Shown here: positions 23,916-36,322 of the stretch, in pieces
Numbering within the stretch: the first letter of the stretch is position 1
How the letters are laid out: each line of letters starts with the position of its first letter
The notes under the pieces: generated by a model
Told to the model about the DNA's origin: nothing
The model's input: the letters and a program-made list of their open reading frames with translations, nothing else
Databases searched by the model: none
Translations under genes and position numbers: made by a program
Source: Octopus bimaculoides
Taxonomy: Eukaryota
Assembly: GCF_001194135.2 (NCBI RefSeq)
Contig: NC_068997.1
Span: forward strand, 34,661,978 to 34,725,977
Direction: 5' to 3'
DNA length: 64,000 bases

Positions 23916-25302
23916 TGATGATAATAATAATAATGATAATAATGATAATAAGTAAATAAATGAATAAATAACATCTATAACAACAACGCAGAGAGTGGGA
24001 TAGATAATGAATGACTTACGCTGAAGAAAGCGTCTAGAATTGAACAACCAATGGAGCAGACGAAGCAGACAGTGAAGCAGACAGTGAAGCCAAGCAGATC
24101 TACCAGAATATCCAGACCATTTAACAAAATTTATCGCCAGATATCGCTAGAATATGAAAGTTAAAAGGTGGAAATATGAAAGGTAATCATTGGGAAGAAT
24201 TCAATTTGGGAAAATTATTGCAAGTTCGTAAATGCATGTACTATTTTCTGCTTCAGTGATTTCCTCATTGATTTCTTTATTAATTGATTGGATCGATTTT
24301 TCCCCCATATGATCAGACAACGCGGATCTAACCATTCATGAAGCAGTTCATTAAACAACTACAATACTTCGAATTCATGTTATATGAAATTGGTTTGTTT
24401 TGTTACAGATCCTCCTATTTATTATTCCTCACTATAAAGCAGCAGATCATAACGAAGTGACGACACTTTCAATTCGTGTGAACTGCTCATCTGTAAAGCA
24501 GCATCTGGTGGGAAACACTTCGGCATTAGAGTGGAACTGAGTAGGAAAAGGTTGGGTCTGAAACTGCCATTTTTATCTATCCTGCCTCAAACACATTTAG
24601 ATGCAGCTTACTATATGGAGCAACTACAAGGCTGAAGCAAAAAAGTACACACCTATAAACACACATACACATGTACATGCATGTGCGATAAAAAATTGAT
24701 TATCCACTTAAGCGATGTCACTGAGATACACTTACGAATGCATAAGGGTACTGCAATTCGTATTGCCTACATCTATGCACGTTTTCACAGCTATATTTGC
24801 ACATAAACAAATTTATATATATATATGTGTGTGTGTGTTTGTGTGTATATCTATATATATATANNNNNNNNNNNNNNNNNNNNNNNNNNNNNNNNNNNNN
24901 NNNNNNNNNNNNNNNNNNNNNNNNNNNNNNNNNNNNNNNNNNNNNNNNNNNNNNNNNNNNNNNNNNNNNNNNNNNNNNNNNNNNNNNNNNNNNNNNNNNN
25001 NNNNNNNNNNNNNNNNNNNNNNNNNNNNNNNNNNNNNNNNNNNNNNNNNNNNNNNNNNNNNNNNNNNNNNNNNNNNNNNNNNNNNNNNNNNNNNNNNNNN
25101 NNNNNNNNNNNNNNNNNNNNNNNNNNNNNNNNNNNNNNNNNNNNNNNNNNNNNTCTATCTATCTATCTATCTTTGTGTGTGTATACACACGCACATAGGT
25201 GTGTATATATACATATATATATACGACAGGCTTCTTTCAGTTTTTGTCCACCAAATCCACTCACAAGGCTTTGGTCGGCCTGGCTTTTGTCAATTAAGCC
25301 TA

Positions 25303-25763
25303 CCATAGGTTTCATGTGAAGCAAAATAGGAAAATATCGTAGTGTCTTAACAATCTCTCAAGCTGATTACATGGAGAACGGTGTTAACCTCCATTTTGGA
25401 AAACACAGCCTCGTTTAGTTCGCAGTGATTCTCGTTAATTCTTGTGAATTGTATGCTGAGTATCTCAGCACACAAGTATATGAGCACCATATCCAAACCA
25501 AAAACAAAATAATGCAAATGAATAGACCTCTCTACACTTTGGCCAAAATACAAATCCAAGGGAGACAGACATTCAAAATATTCCACCCAAGAGTAATGCC
25601 CCTTGATTCATTGTTTTATTCAGGAGAATTCACGAGAATCTTTGCGAACTAAACGAGGCTGTGTTCTCCAAAATGGAGGCGAACATCTTTCTCCATGCGC
25701 TCAGCTTGGGAAATTGTTAAGACACTAAATATTTTCCTACTTTTCTTAACATGAAACTAATGG
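25303..25763. mobile_element. MITE/foldback element with about 140-bp TIRs and TA flanks
   Basis: 25301-25440 is the imperfect reverse complement of 25625-25765; TA on both sides; no ORF. Confidence 0.8.
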
Positions 25764-26359
25764 TAATATATATGTGTGTGTGTATGTATGTCTCTCTCTG
25801 TTTTCTCTTTCTCTCTCTCCCACTCTCTCTCTTTCTCACTCTCTTTGTGTATGCATATACTCACCTGGCAAAAATGAGTTGTACCTGTATTTCAAAGTGC
25901 TAGCCTTGTCACATTCTGTGTCACGCTGGAACTCTCTGAGAACTACGTTAGGAGTTATCCCTGTCTCCGGAGTGGTCAGCAAATTGTACGTTAATTTCAT
26001 GAGCAGGTTGTTCTGTTGAACGGATCAGCTGGAACCATCGTCGTAACCTATGGAGTGCCAGTGAGTGAGTATATATACATATGTACCTCTAAGACATCAC
26101 CCTCAGCACTGACACCCCAGTCTCACTCCACTTTCGCTCTACCGGTGTCATTCGTTACATCTATTTCTGTTCGAACTATCTCTGCACAGGGTCCTCCCCG
26201 ACCCACCTTCACCGTGAACAGGAATTAATCTTCTCTCTTCGTTCCTTTGCGCCATATGGGTTCAACTCACTACCTCTCTTCGTCTGACACCAACCCCACA
26301 TGGATTCCCACACACCTGCATATCGCCTACCTGGGTACCCTCCCCATTCACACCGCACT

Positions 26360-26930
26360 ATACAAACACCGATACACGCTGTTCAACTAATTACTCACTT
26401 CACACGCACTTATACACACACACACAAACACTCCACACACTAGCACCAAATACATCTCAGCACCAACACCACACAACATTACCCACACATCAACACACCA
26501 CTATCTGCACACAATCTTCAATAGCGTCAACACACACAACCCTATTCGAGTAGCCCCAACACACTGTTTAATTCAATACACACACCACACACCATCATGC
26601 ACACTCCCACACCCACACAAGCACATAATGCCTGAACACATACAATTTATACACAAATACGCAACACACATAAACACACGCAACACGCATAGACACATAT
26701 AACTTTCGACCACAAACACACTATACACATGCACACTATTTGGTCACAGACACACACATACACACCACATATACATACACACCACCTGAACAAGCACACA
26801 TCAACTGCTACACACAACACACATACGTTAGCCTCACATATATGCACACACCCATACACATACACACATACACACATCAATACGCACACACACTCACCCA
26901 CACTCACACACCATTCTCACACACATATGC
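26360..26930. repeat. Degenerate CA-rich simple repeat
   Basis: Direct. Confidence 0.9.
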
Positions 26931-27100
26931 GCGCTTGCGCATCTTAGTTCTTTGGGGGTCACCGTTATCGTTATTATTGTTATTATAATCCCCCTTTCAT
27001 TCAGACTCTTTTTTCCGATCATCTTGTCATGTTGGACTGTTGAACACATTTTTTCTCTCTCCGTTTTTTTTTTCATTCTCTCTCTTTTTTTCCTCTTAAT

Positions 27101-27138
27101 CTTTTCTGTCGAAGAGCGTAGGCTCGAAACGTACAAAG
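27101..27138 (+). ncRNA. Ultra-minimal type I hammerhead motif (A6U variant)
   Basis: CTTTT-CTGTCGA-A-GAGC(GTAG)GCTC-GAAAC-GT-A-CAAAG; stem III is the loopless palindrome ACGT. Confidence 0.6.
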
Positions 27139-27230
27139 AGACTTTTCCAGTCTTCCAGAGTGTTAAACTAATACACCTGCCCGTTGTTCCTACACCTGTC
27201 TTCGTTTTTCGTTTTCTGTAAATTTGAACT

Positions 27231-27261
<31 letters not shown>

Positions 27262-27373
27262 NNNNNNNNNNNNNNNNNNNNNNNNNNNNNNNNNNNNNNN
27301 NNNNNNNNNNNNNNNNNNNNNNNNNNNNNNNNNNNNNNNNNNNNNNNNNNNNNNNNNNNNNATATATATATAT

Positions 27374-27600
27374 GCACATGGGTTAGTGGTTAGGGTGTTG
27401 CTCTCACGATTTCAAGATCATGGTTTCGATTATCAGGCCGAGTGTTGCAGTGTGTTCAAGTTCAAAGCACTTCATTTCACGTTGCTTTGCGAGCATTTCG
27501 TCATCTGACATGTGACACACGGAGCATCTATACCGGTAATGTCGATTTAGTGGAGGGAGTAAGCTAATTTGATCACTATAAACAAATCATCAGCGTTATT
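27374..27600 (+). mobile_element. tRNA-derived SINE
   Basis: A box TAGTGGTTAGG and B-box-like GGTTTCGATT. Confidence 0.6.
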
Positions 27601-27609
27601 TCGAATTTT

Positions 27610-27780
27610 TGCTACAAGCGCAGCTTGGGAATTAATCAATTACATCGGCCCCCGTGTTCAACCGGTACTTATTTTATCGACCCCGAAAGGATGAAAAACA
27701 AAGTCGACCGCGGCGGAATTTGTACTCAGAACGTAGCTATGAGTGAATTACCGGTAAGCATTTCATCCAGCTCTCCGCTT
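27610..27780 (-). mobile_element. SINE family 2 fragment
   Basis: atcgaccccgaaaggatgaaa..gtcgacc.cggcggaattt is shared with 14521, 34580-34790, 35960-36140 and 39145. Confidence 0.8.
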
Positions 27781-28330
27781 TAATAATAATAATAATAATA
27801 TATATANNNNNNNNNNNNNNNNNNNNNNNNNNNNNNNNNNNNNNNNNNNNNNNNNNNNNNNNNNNNNNNNNNNNNNNNNNNNNNNNNNNNNNNNNNNNNN
27901 NNNNNNNNNNNNNNNNNNNNNNNNNNNNNNNNNNNNNNNNNNNNNNNNNNNNNNNNNNNNNNNNNNNNNNNNNNNNNNNNNNNNNNNNNNNNNNNNNNNN
28001 NNNNNNNNNNNNNNNNNNNNNNNNNNNNNNNNNNNNNNNNNNNNNNNNNNNNNNNNNNNNNNNNNNNNNNNNNNNNNNNNNNNNNNNNNNNNNNNNNNNN
28101 NNNNNNNNNNNNNNNNNNNNNNNNNNNNNNNNNNNNNNNNNNNNNNNNNNNNNNNNNNNNNNNNNNNNNNNNNNNNNNNNNNNNNNNNNNNNNNNNNNNN
28201 NNNNNNNNNNNNNNNNNNNNNNNNNNNNNNNNNNNNNNNNNNNNNNNNNNNNNNNNNNNNNNNNNNNNNNNNNNNNNNNNNNNNNNNNNNNNNNNNNNNN
28301 NNNNNNNNNNNNNNNNNNNNNNNNNNNNNN

Positions 28331-28542
<212 letters not shown>

Positions 28543-28544
28543 TC

Positions 28545-31500
28545 ATTTATTGGCCATCAGTGCCGACATATAGGGGGCAATACAGTAGACGTGGACTGGG
28601 GATTTTACACAAAACGAGTACACAAAACAATAACAATCATATCAAACATTAGGAATATAACGATGAATGTTCCCTAATAGTAGGGTAACTACCTGGGGTT
28701 GGCTCAAGTACCCCACCAATCCTGAACCACTCTACACTTTGAGGGCAGCCAGGAAGGGCACCCTTTTCCATCTCGAATTCACTAGCCTGCAGGCGCATTA
28801 TTAGAGTAGATCCACTCACATGGGCCATTTTCACTACATTCCACCTTTTAGCCAATGTACTGGGAGGCATGACTTCTCTCTCCACCCCCATTTTCCTTTC
28901 CAAGTGAAATTTGAAAAAGTTGTTGGGGGATTGACTGAGAAAAGTGTCTGTCTTCAGCCCAGGTTGAAACCTGATCCACCGTACAACCTCTTTCGCCACT
29001 GCTGGGAGAGAGAGGAAAATAGCCTACCCTTCCGGACCAATGGAAGGTGGCGGACCGATTCTCACTATGGACTCAGACGGTAGCCGGATTCGACCCACAC
29101 GTGATAACAGCTGTTCAATATAACCCCACAAGTCAGTAATGCAAGGACACTGGACGATTGTTTGCTGGACGGTTTTGTCACTCTCTGCGCATCTCGGGCA
29201 GGTCCGTCTTACAGCAACTCCGTGCCTGTAGAGTTTATTTCGAACCAGCAGTACCCCGCGATAACACTGCCAACCTAGGGACTTCTAGAAGTTATCCATC
29301 GTCCCCGGCTCGAAAGTCCTCCTGAACAGACTGGTCAGTTCGACTTCATCGACACCTATCGCCACTCCAAGTGCGTCATCGCTCTTCCCCTTCACTAACA
29401 CTCTGTAGAATTCGAGAGTGGGTTTTCCACTGATCTTATTGCCCAACTGATATAGGGCAGTGAATGTCTAGCAACATTCCAGATTCCAGTCACCTTGTCT
29501 CGGTCTTTTCTTGGCCTAAGACTGCAGCTCGATCAAGGAGACAAGCTAGGGAAAGGCCTGTTTGACAAACGGTGACCACACCTGTTCACTGCTTAGGCAG
29601 AATATCTGGAGATGCCGCAGCCTCAGCGCATGTCTGCGCATCATTAGTCACGGTATGACCAGCCCTCCGCGTAGAGGACCACCTCACCAATGGAACCTGT
29701 CCCCTCCACAATAATTTGAAGAGAAGGTGCTCCAACTTGGCGAGGCGCGAACGGGGACATGGCATGACGGTGAAGCGGTAGTAAATGGCGGATGTGATAT
29801 ACGCATTCACCACCTCCGCCCGACCTTTCAGTGACAGCTTCCTCGCAGCCCGTTTTTGGGGGAGATTGGCTACCCTGTATATCACCTCGTCCCAGTTCTT
29901 ATCCAACTGGAGGTCTGGTCCGAGCCAAACACCAAGCAACTTTACCGGTCCTTCCTTCCAGCGCCCAATGACGTTGTTGGACGGCATAGACTTGCCTCTC
30001 CAGGTGCCGAGCTGCAAGCCCACCGGCTTTTCCGGGTTAAGATTTGATTCCGTCAACTTTTCATATTCCTCCAATAATGTACCGACCCCTAGATTTTTGA
30101 GGTATCTGACACCATCACGGTGATATCGTCCGCTTAAGCCAACACAACCCTTCTGAGTCCCGGTTCAAGCGGGATGCCCTGCAGCAGCTCCAGCTTCCGA
30201 AGTAAAGGCTCAAGAGTCAATTCGTACAGAAGGGAGGAGGAGGAAGGGTATCCTTGACGGATCGATCGGGAGATATAAAACTGTTTCGAGAGGTGGCCAT
30301 TAACTTTCAAGAAAGCCAGGTTTACACCCTACCCTTTTTGTGATGCATCACATGAGGTGGAGGTTGTCGTATATGGATCTGATCGGGATTGCGCAGGTTT
30401 GTGCCTCCCCAACCAAATCGTCGACGACAAGTGCCAACCTCTTCGCTAACACCTTCGCCAAAATCTTAAACTCTGTGTTAAGCAGAGTTATGGGGCTGAA
30501 GTTATCTAAAGTGCCCCTCTTGTTTTCGTCTTTCCTCATCAGCGTCACTGCGCCCCGGCTCACAGAACTGGAATGATTCTGCTGCCAGTTGCAGTGCGCG
30601 ATTAGAGGAGATCGTAGAACAAGTCTGGTATATTTACGTAAAGCTCGTAGGGCTGACCATCTAAACCGGGTGACATTCGCCTCGTGCAGCCGACAAGGGC
30701 ATCCTGAATTTCGGCTGAAGTTATCGGGCTTTCACAGCCCTCAAGGTGACACGACAAGCCGTCAAGGTAGAAACTGAAGTCCGCCACTGTCTCTGCCTCA
30801 CCACTCTCCTCGAATAACCGAGCAAAGTGCTGGCAAAAAGCCTCACACATCTGACTGGAATTGTTCAGCTCGTGTCCGTCTCGTCCCGTCAAAGGCCGAA
30901 TTGTAGTTTTGTTACCACGCTCCGCCTCTGCCACGCGGGCCCATCGAACAGCTTTGATCCCCTCGTTTCTTAGAGCACCTTCATGTTTCGCATTGAAGAA
31001 CTGATCTAATGCCATTCTCGCTGCTAGCACATCGGTTGCAATGCCACTACAAATAGCCTCATCTAGTTTAGCTAGTAACTCCTCCTCCTGTCTATTTTTT
31101 TCTAACGCTACTTCTTTGCTAAACGCTCTAGATATTACTCTAATTTCTCTTTTGAGAGCCGCCCACCACCTGTTGTTGACGACCCCCCCCCCGTCAACTT
31201 CTGCTNNNNNNNNNNGTTGACGACCCCCCCCCCGTCAACTTCTGCTTAACCAAATTGTTGACCCGGTCCCTGTAAGCCTTACGTACCAGAAACGACATGT
31301 TCAGTTTCCAGTACTCGGGTCCTAACCTACACGTCTTATCCAGGTCGACCGTACAGATTACAAACTTATCTTAAATAGGCAACTGTTTTAAAAAGTGGAC
31401 ATCCTATCTATTTTCTTACGATTTAGATTGCCTGCTGTGCATTAGGGAAATCTCGTCGGTACCTGTCAGACAGTTGGAACTGGCTGATCAGGTGCTTGAA

Positions 31501-33500
31501 GCTTGTGGCAACTAACAGATGCAAAGATCTGATAGTCGTCGAACATGGGAGCCAGTGCGCGAGTATTGGAAATTCTGGTCGCACTGACAGCAATTACATC
31601 CAATTCTAAAGACTTGAGGCCGTTGAGCAGGCGCCCTTGTTTCCAGGGTCACTCCAGGCCTCGAACTTTTAAAATTCCTACTCTTAATATAGTCATGTTG
31701 GCAAGCTAACGAGAGAAAGATAAGGTTTACTTACCTCCTGGTATCTTGTGAAGGTCGAGTTATTCGACTTCCATAAATGGTGGGGGTTATTTTGGGAACC
31801 CCTTTAAGAGTCCCGATGTGGGTCTCACGTTCGCGGTTCCCACTTCCCCAGGAAAGCTCTCTCAAATTTTTGTGTAGGAAACGAGCGACATTCGCACCAG
31901 AAGCAAATCTTCGATTCGAAAATCACTCCCTCTGTTTCAAATTGAATGTTTTGTGTTACGAGGGCCATCAGTTACTCGTTGTCCCTTCGGATGTGTACGA
32001 AGTTGGGTGTTTTGTGTTGGTGTTGTTTAATTTGTTTGCTTGACTGTAGTGGTTATGGTCTTGTTGTTCTTGTTTCGGTTGCGTATGTGTGTGCTGTGAG
32101 TGTGGTATCTGCAGTTTTAGATGTTTGTGTGAGGCTTTGTTCTTGTGACTGTTTAGATTGCTTGCGTTTGGGAGATTCTGGTGGTAGTGACAATGTTGTT
32201 GGTGTTATTGGGGAGATGTTTGCATGGGTGGGGTTTGTATTTTTTATTCTGAGTGTTGTTATACTTTGTGGAGTTTTTCTTTTGTGCTTTTTCTGTTTTT
32301 GGGGGGCCTTTTGGTTTTCCTTCATTTTACTACTGGAAGATGAGGGGTCTATTGCTGTAAGTGTGTCTGTATATGTTTATATTCTTGCTTATGTGTGTAT
32401 TTTTGTTTGGTGTGAGGAGGTGGGAGAGCTTTCCTCGTTTTACCCTAGGGTGGTTAATGTCTTTGGAATTTCGTTTGTTGTTGCTGGTGGTTTTGCCGGT
32501 GCTGGTGTTGTTTGTGGTCCTCATAGGCAGCAGTGGAGTCTTTTGATCCCTTGCACTTTTTACCAGTTGGGGGCAGCAAACTCGCAAATGAGTAGTTTCT
32601 CCACAAACGAAACAGAGCGACCTTTTGCTCTCAGTGTATCACGTCCCGTTTGATGTGGTCCGGGATTTTTTTATGTTTTCGGGCCTGATCTGGAGACGTA
32701 TCTCCAAGTCAACCCAAGACTCCCTAGCAATTCTTGTCACCGCTATCGGGACGGTATCCACCCTCTCCACAATTACGCATCCCAGAAGTCACCACGTATC
32801 AAGTCCTGGTAAGATCCTAGGAATGTGGACATGTGCTGTACGTTTCCCCATGTGGGAGGGATACATAATGACTTTGCTGGTTCTACAAGGGTCATTGAAT
32901 GTTTCATAGCGAGGGCTTTTGACTTAAACAGCACCCAAATTGTGCCGTATTGTTTGCCCCTCGCTATATACTCGGGGTCATCTCTGATGCACCTTAGCGC
33001 CGCTTCAATATCTATTTGGGCTATTGAAGCCGCTCTTTTTGTCTCTGCTGAGTTGCACCAGAAAAGTACCATTCTTTTCTCCACTGCTTCAATTGCCTGT
33101 AACGGAATAGTTAGGTTATCCCAGGTTTCTTCTCGTTTAATCAATGTCCATGTCTGGGTCAACATTTCACCTCTATTTGTGAGGTCCACGGTGAATCGTT
33201 TATTCTCTTTCGCTGCTGCTGCCGCGAACGTGTTTTTTTTCTGTTGGTAATGTTCTCTTTGTTATTTTTGTTACTGTTGCTGCTGTTATTGTTGTTGTCA
33301 TTGTTCATGATGATGTTGTTGGTGTTGGTTTTGTTGCTGTTATTAATTTTGCTATTGTTATTGCTGTTGTTGCCATCGATGCTGCCGCTCCTGTTGCTGT
33401 CTCTTTCGTTGTTATTGTTGTTACAACTACTACTACCGCCGCTGCTACTGTCACTGTTACAAATATTTATATTATCAGTCTTTGAAAGATGAAACACAAG
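28545..33500 (-). mobile_element. Near full-length L1/Tx1-clade LINE (ORF1; ORF2 APE + RT + Zn finger), pseudogenised
   Basis: APE LKVRGL..DVIAV (about 31600-31690); RT SPGLDGQPYELY, PITLLNTEFKILAKVLAKRL, A*ADDI, KLLGVWLG, LSLKGRAEV; TCPRC finger (about 29190); (TAA)n at the 3' end on the minus strand. Confidence 0.9.
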
Positions 33501-34011
33501 TCGACATCGGCCACATTTTATTTTATCTTATTTGTTATAAGTGTCATAGCAGTGTGTGTGTGTGTTACAAACAGTATGGAAGTGCGAAACAGAAATAATG
33601 TTGATGCGAATTACTAGCTCTCTTTTAAGATGGGTGGCTCTCCGTTGTCCAATCAACTGGATTTCCTGCTCGTTGAATCAGTGGGCTGAGCATTTCACTG
33701 ACACGACGTAATAATCAGGTAGAATCAATGCAACACTGTGTGACAAGATTGTGTTCTTAACTTACAAATAGGATCCAGCTAACGAGTTTCCATATAGTTT
33801 CTGTCCACCCAAGTAAATTTACGAGGCATAGGTCGACACGAAGCTATAACAATTGGCAATACTACAGGTATATATTATTTTGCTTATAAACTGTTATAGA
33901 ATGATTGTTAGTTTTTCATCTAGTTCAAGCGTGGTAAAAGGTGTGTTTAAGATGATATGAATGGTGGGTAAGTGTGTAGTGGTAACGCTGTTTGAGTATA
34001 AAATTGAACAT

Positions 34012-34204
34012 GCGCAGGAGTAGCTGTGTGGTAAGAAGCTTGCTTTCCAACCGCATGATTCCGGATTCAGTCCAATCGTGTGACATCTTGGGTAAGGGTC
34101 TTTTACTATAGCCTCTGGCCGACCAAGATTTTGTGAGGGGATTTGGTAGACGGTAATTGAAAGAAGCCCGTCGTATAAATATATATATATGTGTGTGTGT
34201 GTGT

Positions 34205-34247
<43 letters not shown>

Positions 34248-34508
34248 CGTGCGCGTACACGTTTGTGACTGTCTGTTTGTCCTTCTATTTGTCTTTGTGC
34301 CTGGGTTTGTCCCCACCACCACTACTTGATAACCGGTATTGGTGTATTTACGTTCCCGTAACTTTATTGTTCAGCAAAAAGAGACGGATAGAATAAGTAC
34401 CAGGCTTTAGAAATAAGTACTGAGTCCGATAATTCGATTTAAAGTTCTTCAATGCGATGCTCCAGCATGGCTACAATCTAATGACTAAAACAATTGAAAG
34501 ATAAAAGA
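34012..34508 (+). mobile_element. tRNA-derived SINE family 1 with internal (GT)n
   Basis: Head GCGCAGGAGTAGCTGTGTGGTAAG, B-box-like GGATTCAGTCC; homologous to 38755, 49810 and 56947. Confidence 0.9.
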
Positions 34509-34579
34509 TGCCAAAGGTGTTTTAAAACTGATTGTGATAGGATATGAGCTGTTGACGTGGAAAATGATTAGACTAATAA

Positions 34580-36140
34580 CTCTTTCTAATTTAGGCAGAG
34601 TCATAGAGGAAAAGATATTCGATAGCATTGTCCTCGGTACTTGATCTGTAATTTATTTATCGAACCCCAAAGGATGAAAGGCGAAGTAAACCTCGGCCGG
34701 ATTTGAAATCAGAACGTAGAGTCGGAATAAATAGTGCAAAGCATTTTTGCTGACATTCTCACGATTCTGCCAGCGCCGCCTTGATAATGAATTGTTATTA
34801 ATATCGTATCGCTGTCACATTACTATGATTTAGTTCTGACGGTGCTTCGCTTTAGAACGTTGAGATTGTAAGCGAAGTTGCTGTGGTTACTCAGTAATTT
34901 TGAGTTATAAATATAACCGCATATAAATAGTTGTATTTTGATATACATCTTCCGTCGAGCACACACACACACCAACACGCCCACACACACACCCACCCAC
35001 ACACGTGTGTGTGGGTGTGTGTGTTTGCATTTGTGTGTTCGTGTAGCGTGTATGTTTGTTTGCTTGAGTGTATGCCTGTACATAAATATACCATATACAT
35101 ACAAACAACTTTCATTATAATTGCAAAAGAAAATGACTTCCTCCCATGTCGCTGTTCCACTTCCGGTGATGCAATTCACCCACAAGAAAACTATCATTTG
35201 TTCAGTTTCAGATGTTTTTTCACTATTAAGTTATCAGACATAGTTGTGTCCGAGGGGAGAAAAAGTATATAATACTTCCGACAGCTGGACGCTATTTTGG
35301 TCAGTCAGCTTACCACCCACTGTGTCACTGATTAAACAACTGAACCATTTCTTATAAACATTTATACATCTACACATGTACTGTAATTAATTCTTCCTCA
35401 GGTACATATGCACAAAGAATAACAGCCCGAGACAGAACTTTCTCAAAGGATTCACCCAATAAAAAAGGATTCTCTTTAACCGCGAATAGAAACCACCTAC
35501 CAAGTCTCAAATCAATTTGAATGTACTTCTGGTTCGTTTGTACTGCCCATATTTATTACAGAAGTAAAAACAACTCTATCAACATGGAGCGATGCATGCC
35601 ACTTAACTTAACTAGAAATAACAGCCGAATTTTCTTCACATCATACACTACTTACAGTCTTGGAAGAAGGATACATTGGTTAAAATAGCCCGAAATATAC
35701 TACAGCTGATAAGAATATGTGGTGGACACATATATGCTGGTTTCTGATTTAATCACAAAGCCAACAATCTTGAGGAGGGGGTATTAGTCGATACGACTAA
35801 ACCCAGTACTACACTTGTACTTATTTTATCAACCCCGCAGGATTTGAACTCAGAACACAAAAGCCGGGAGAAAGTATAAAGAACCAGTAGAAATACCACA
35901 AGGCACTCTCCTTCCCATCATCATCAGCTGTTAGCATTTCTGCCTAATTATGATGATGTTGATAATTCTTTCTAATTTTTGCGAGAGGGTGTAAGTCAGT
36001 TACATCAACCGCTGTTCATGACTGGTACTTATTTTACGAAAGGTAAAAGGCAAAGTCGACCTCTGCGGTATTTGAACTCAGAACATAAAGACAGATGAAA
36101 TACCGCTAAGCATTTTTCTTGACATGCTAAAACTTCTACT
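34580..36140 (-). mobile_element. Cluster of SINE family 2 fragments (34580-34790, 35770-35900, 35960-36140)
   Basis: Each carries ttttatc.acccc...ggatttgaactcagaac. Confidence 0.7.
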
Positions 36141-36322
36141 AGCTTACCTTTCATTAATTAATTGATTAATAATAAAAGTAATGATTATTTGTAAATACTT
36201 TCAAGTAAAGATGTCTAATTTCGTTTCTTATTGATAACAAATCAGCTCGTTTTAGATAGACCAATCAGCAAAAACATTTTGGACGTAACCATCTTGTATT
36301 TGTTTCCTTAATTTGTTAGGTA

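Noticed and set aside
31186-31248. Duplicated GTTGACGACCCCCCCCCGTCAACTTCTGCT hairpin
   Set aside because: Identical copies flank a short N run; typical contig-overlap artefact.
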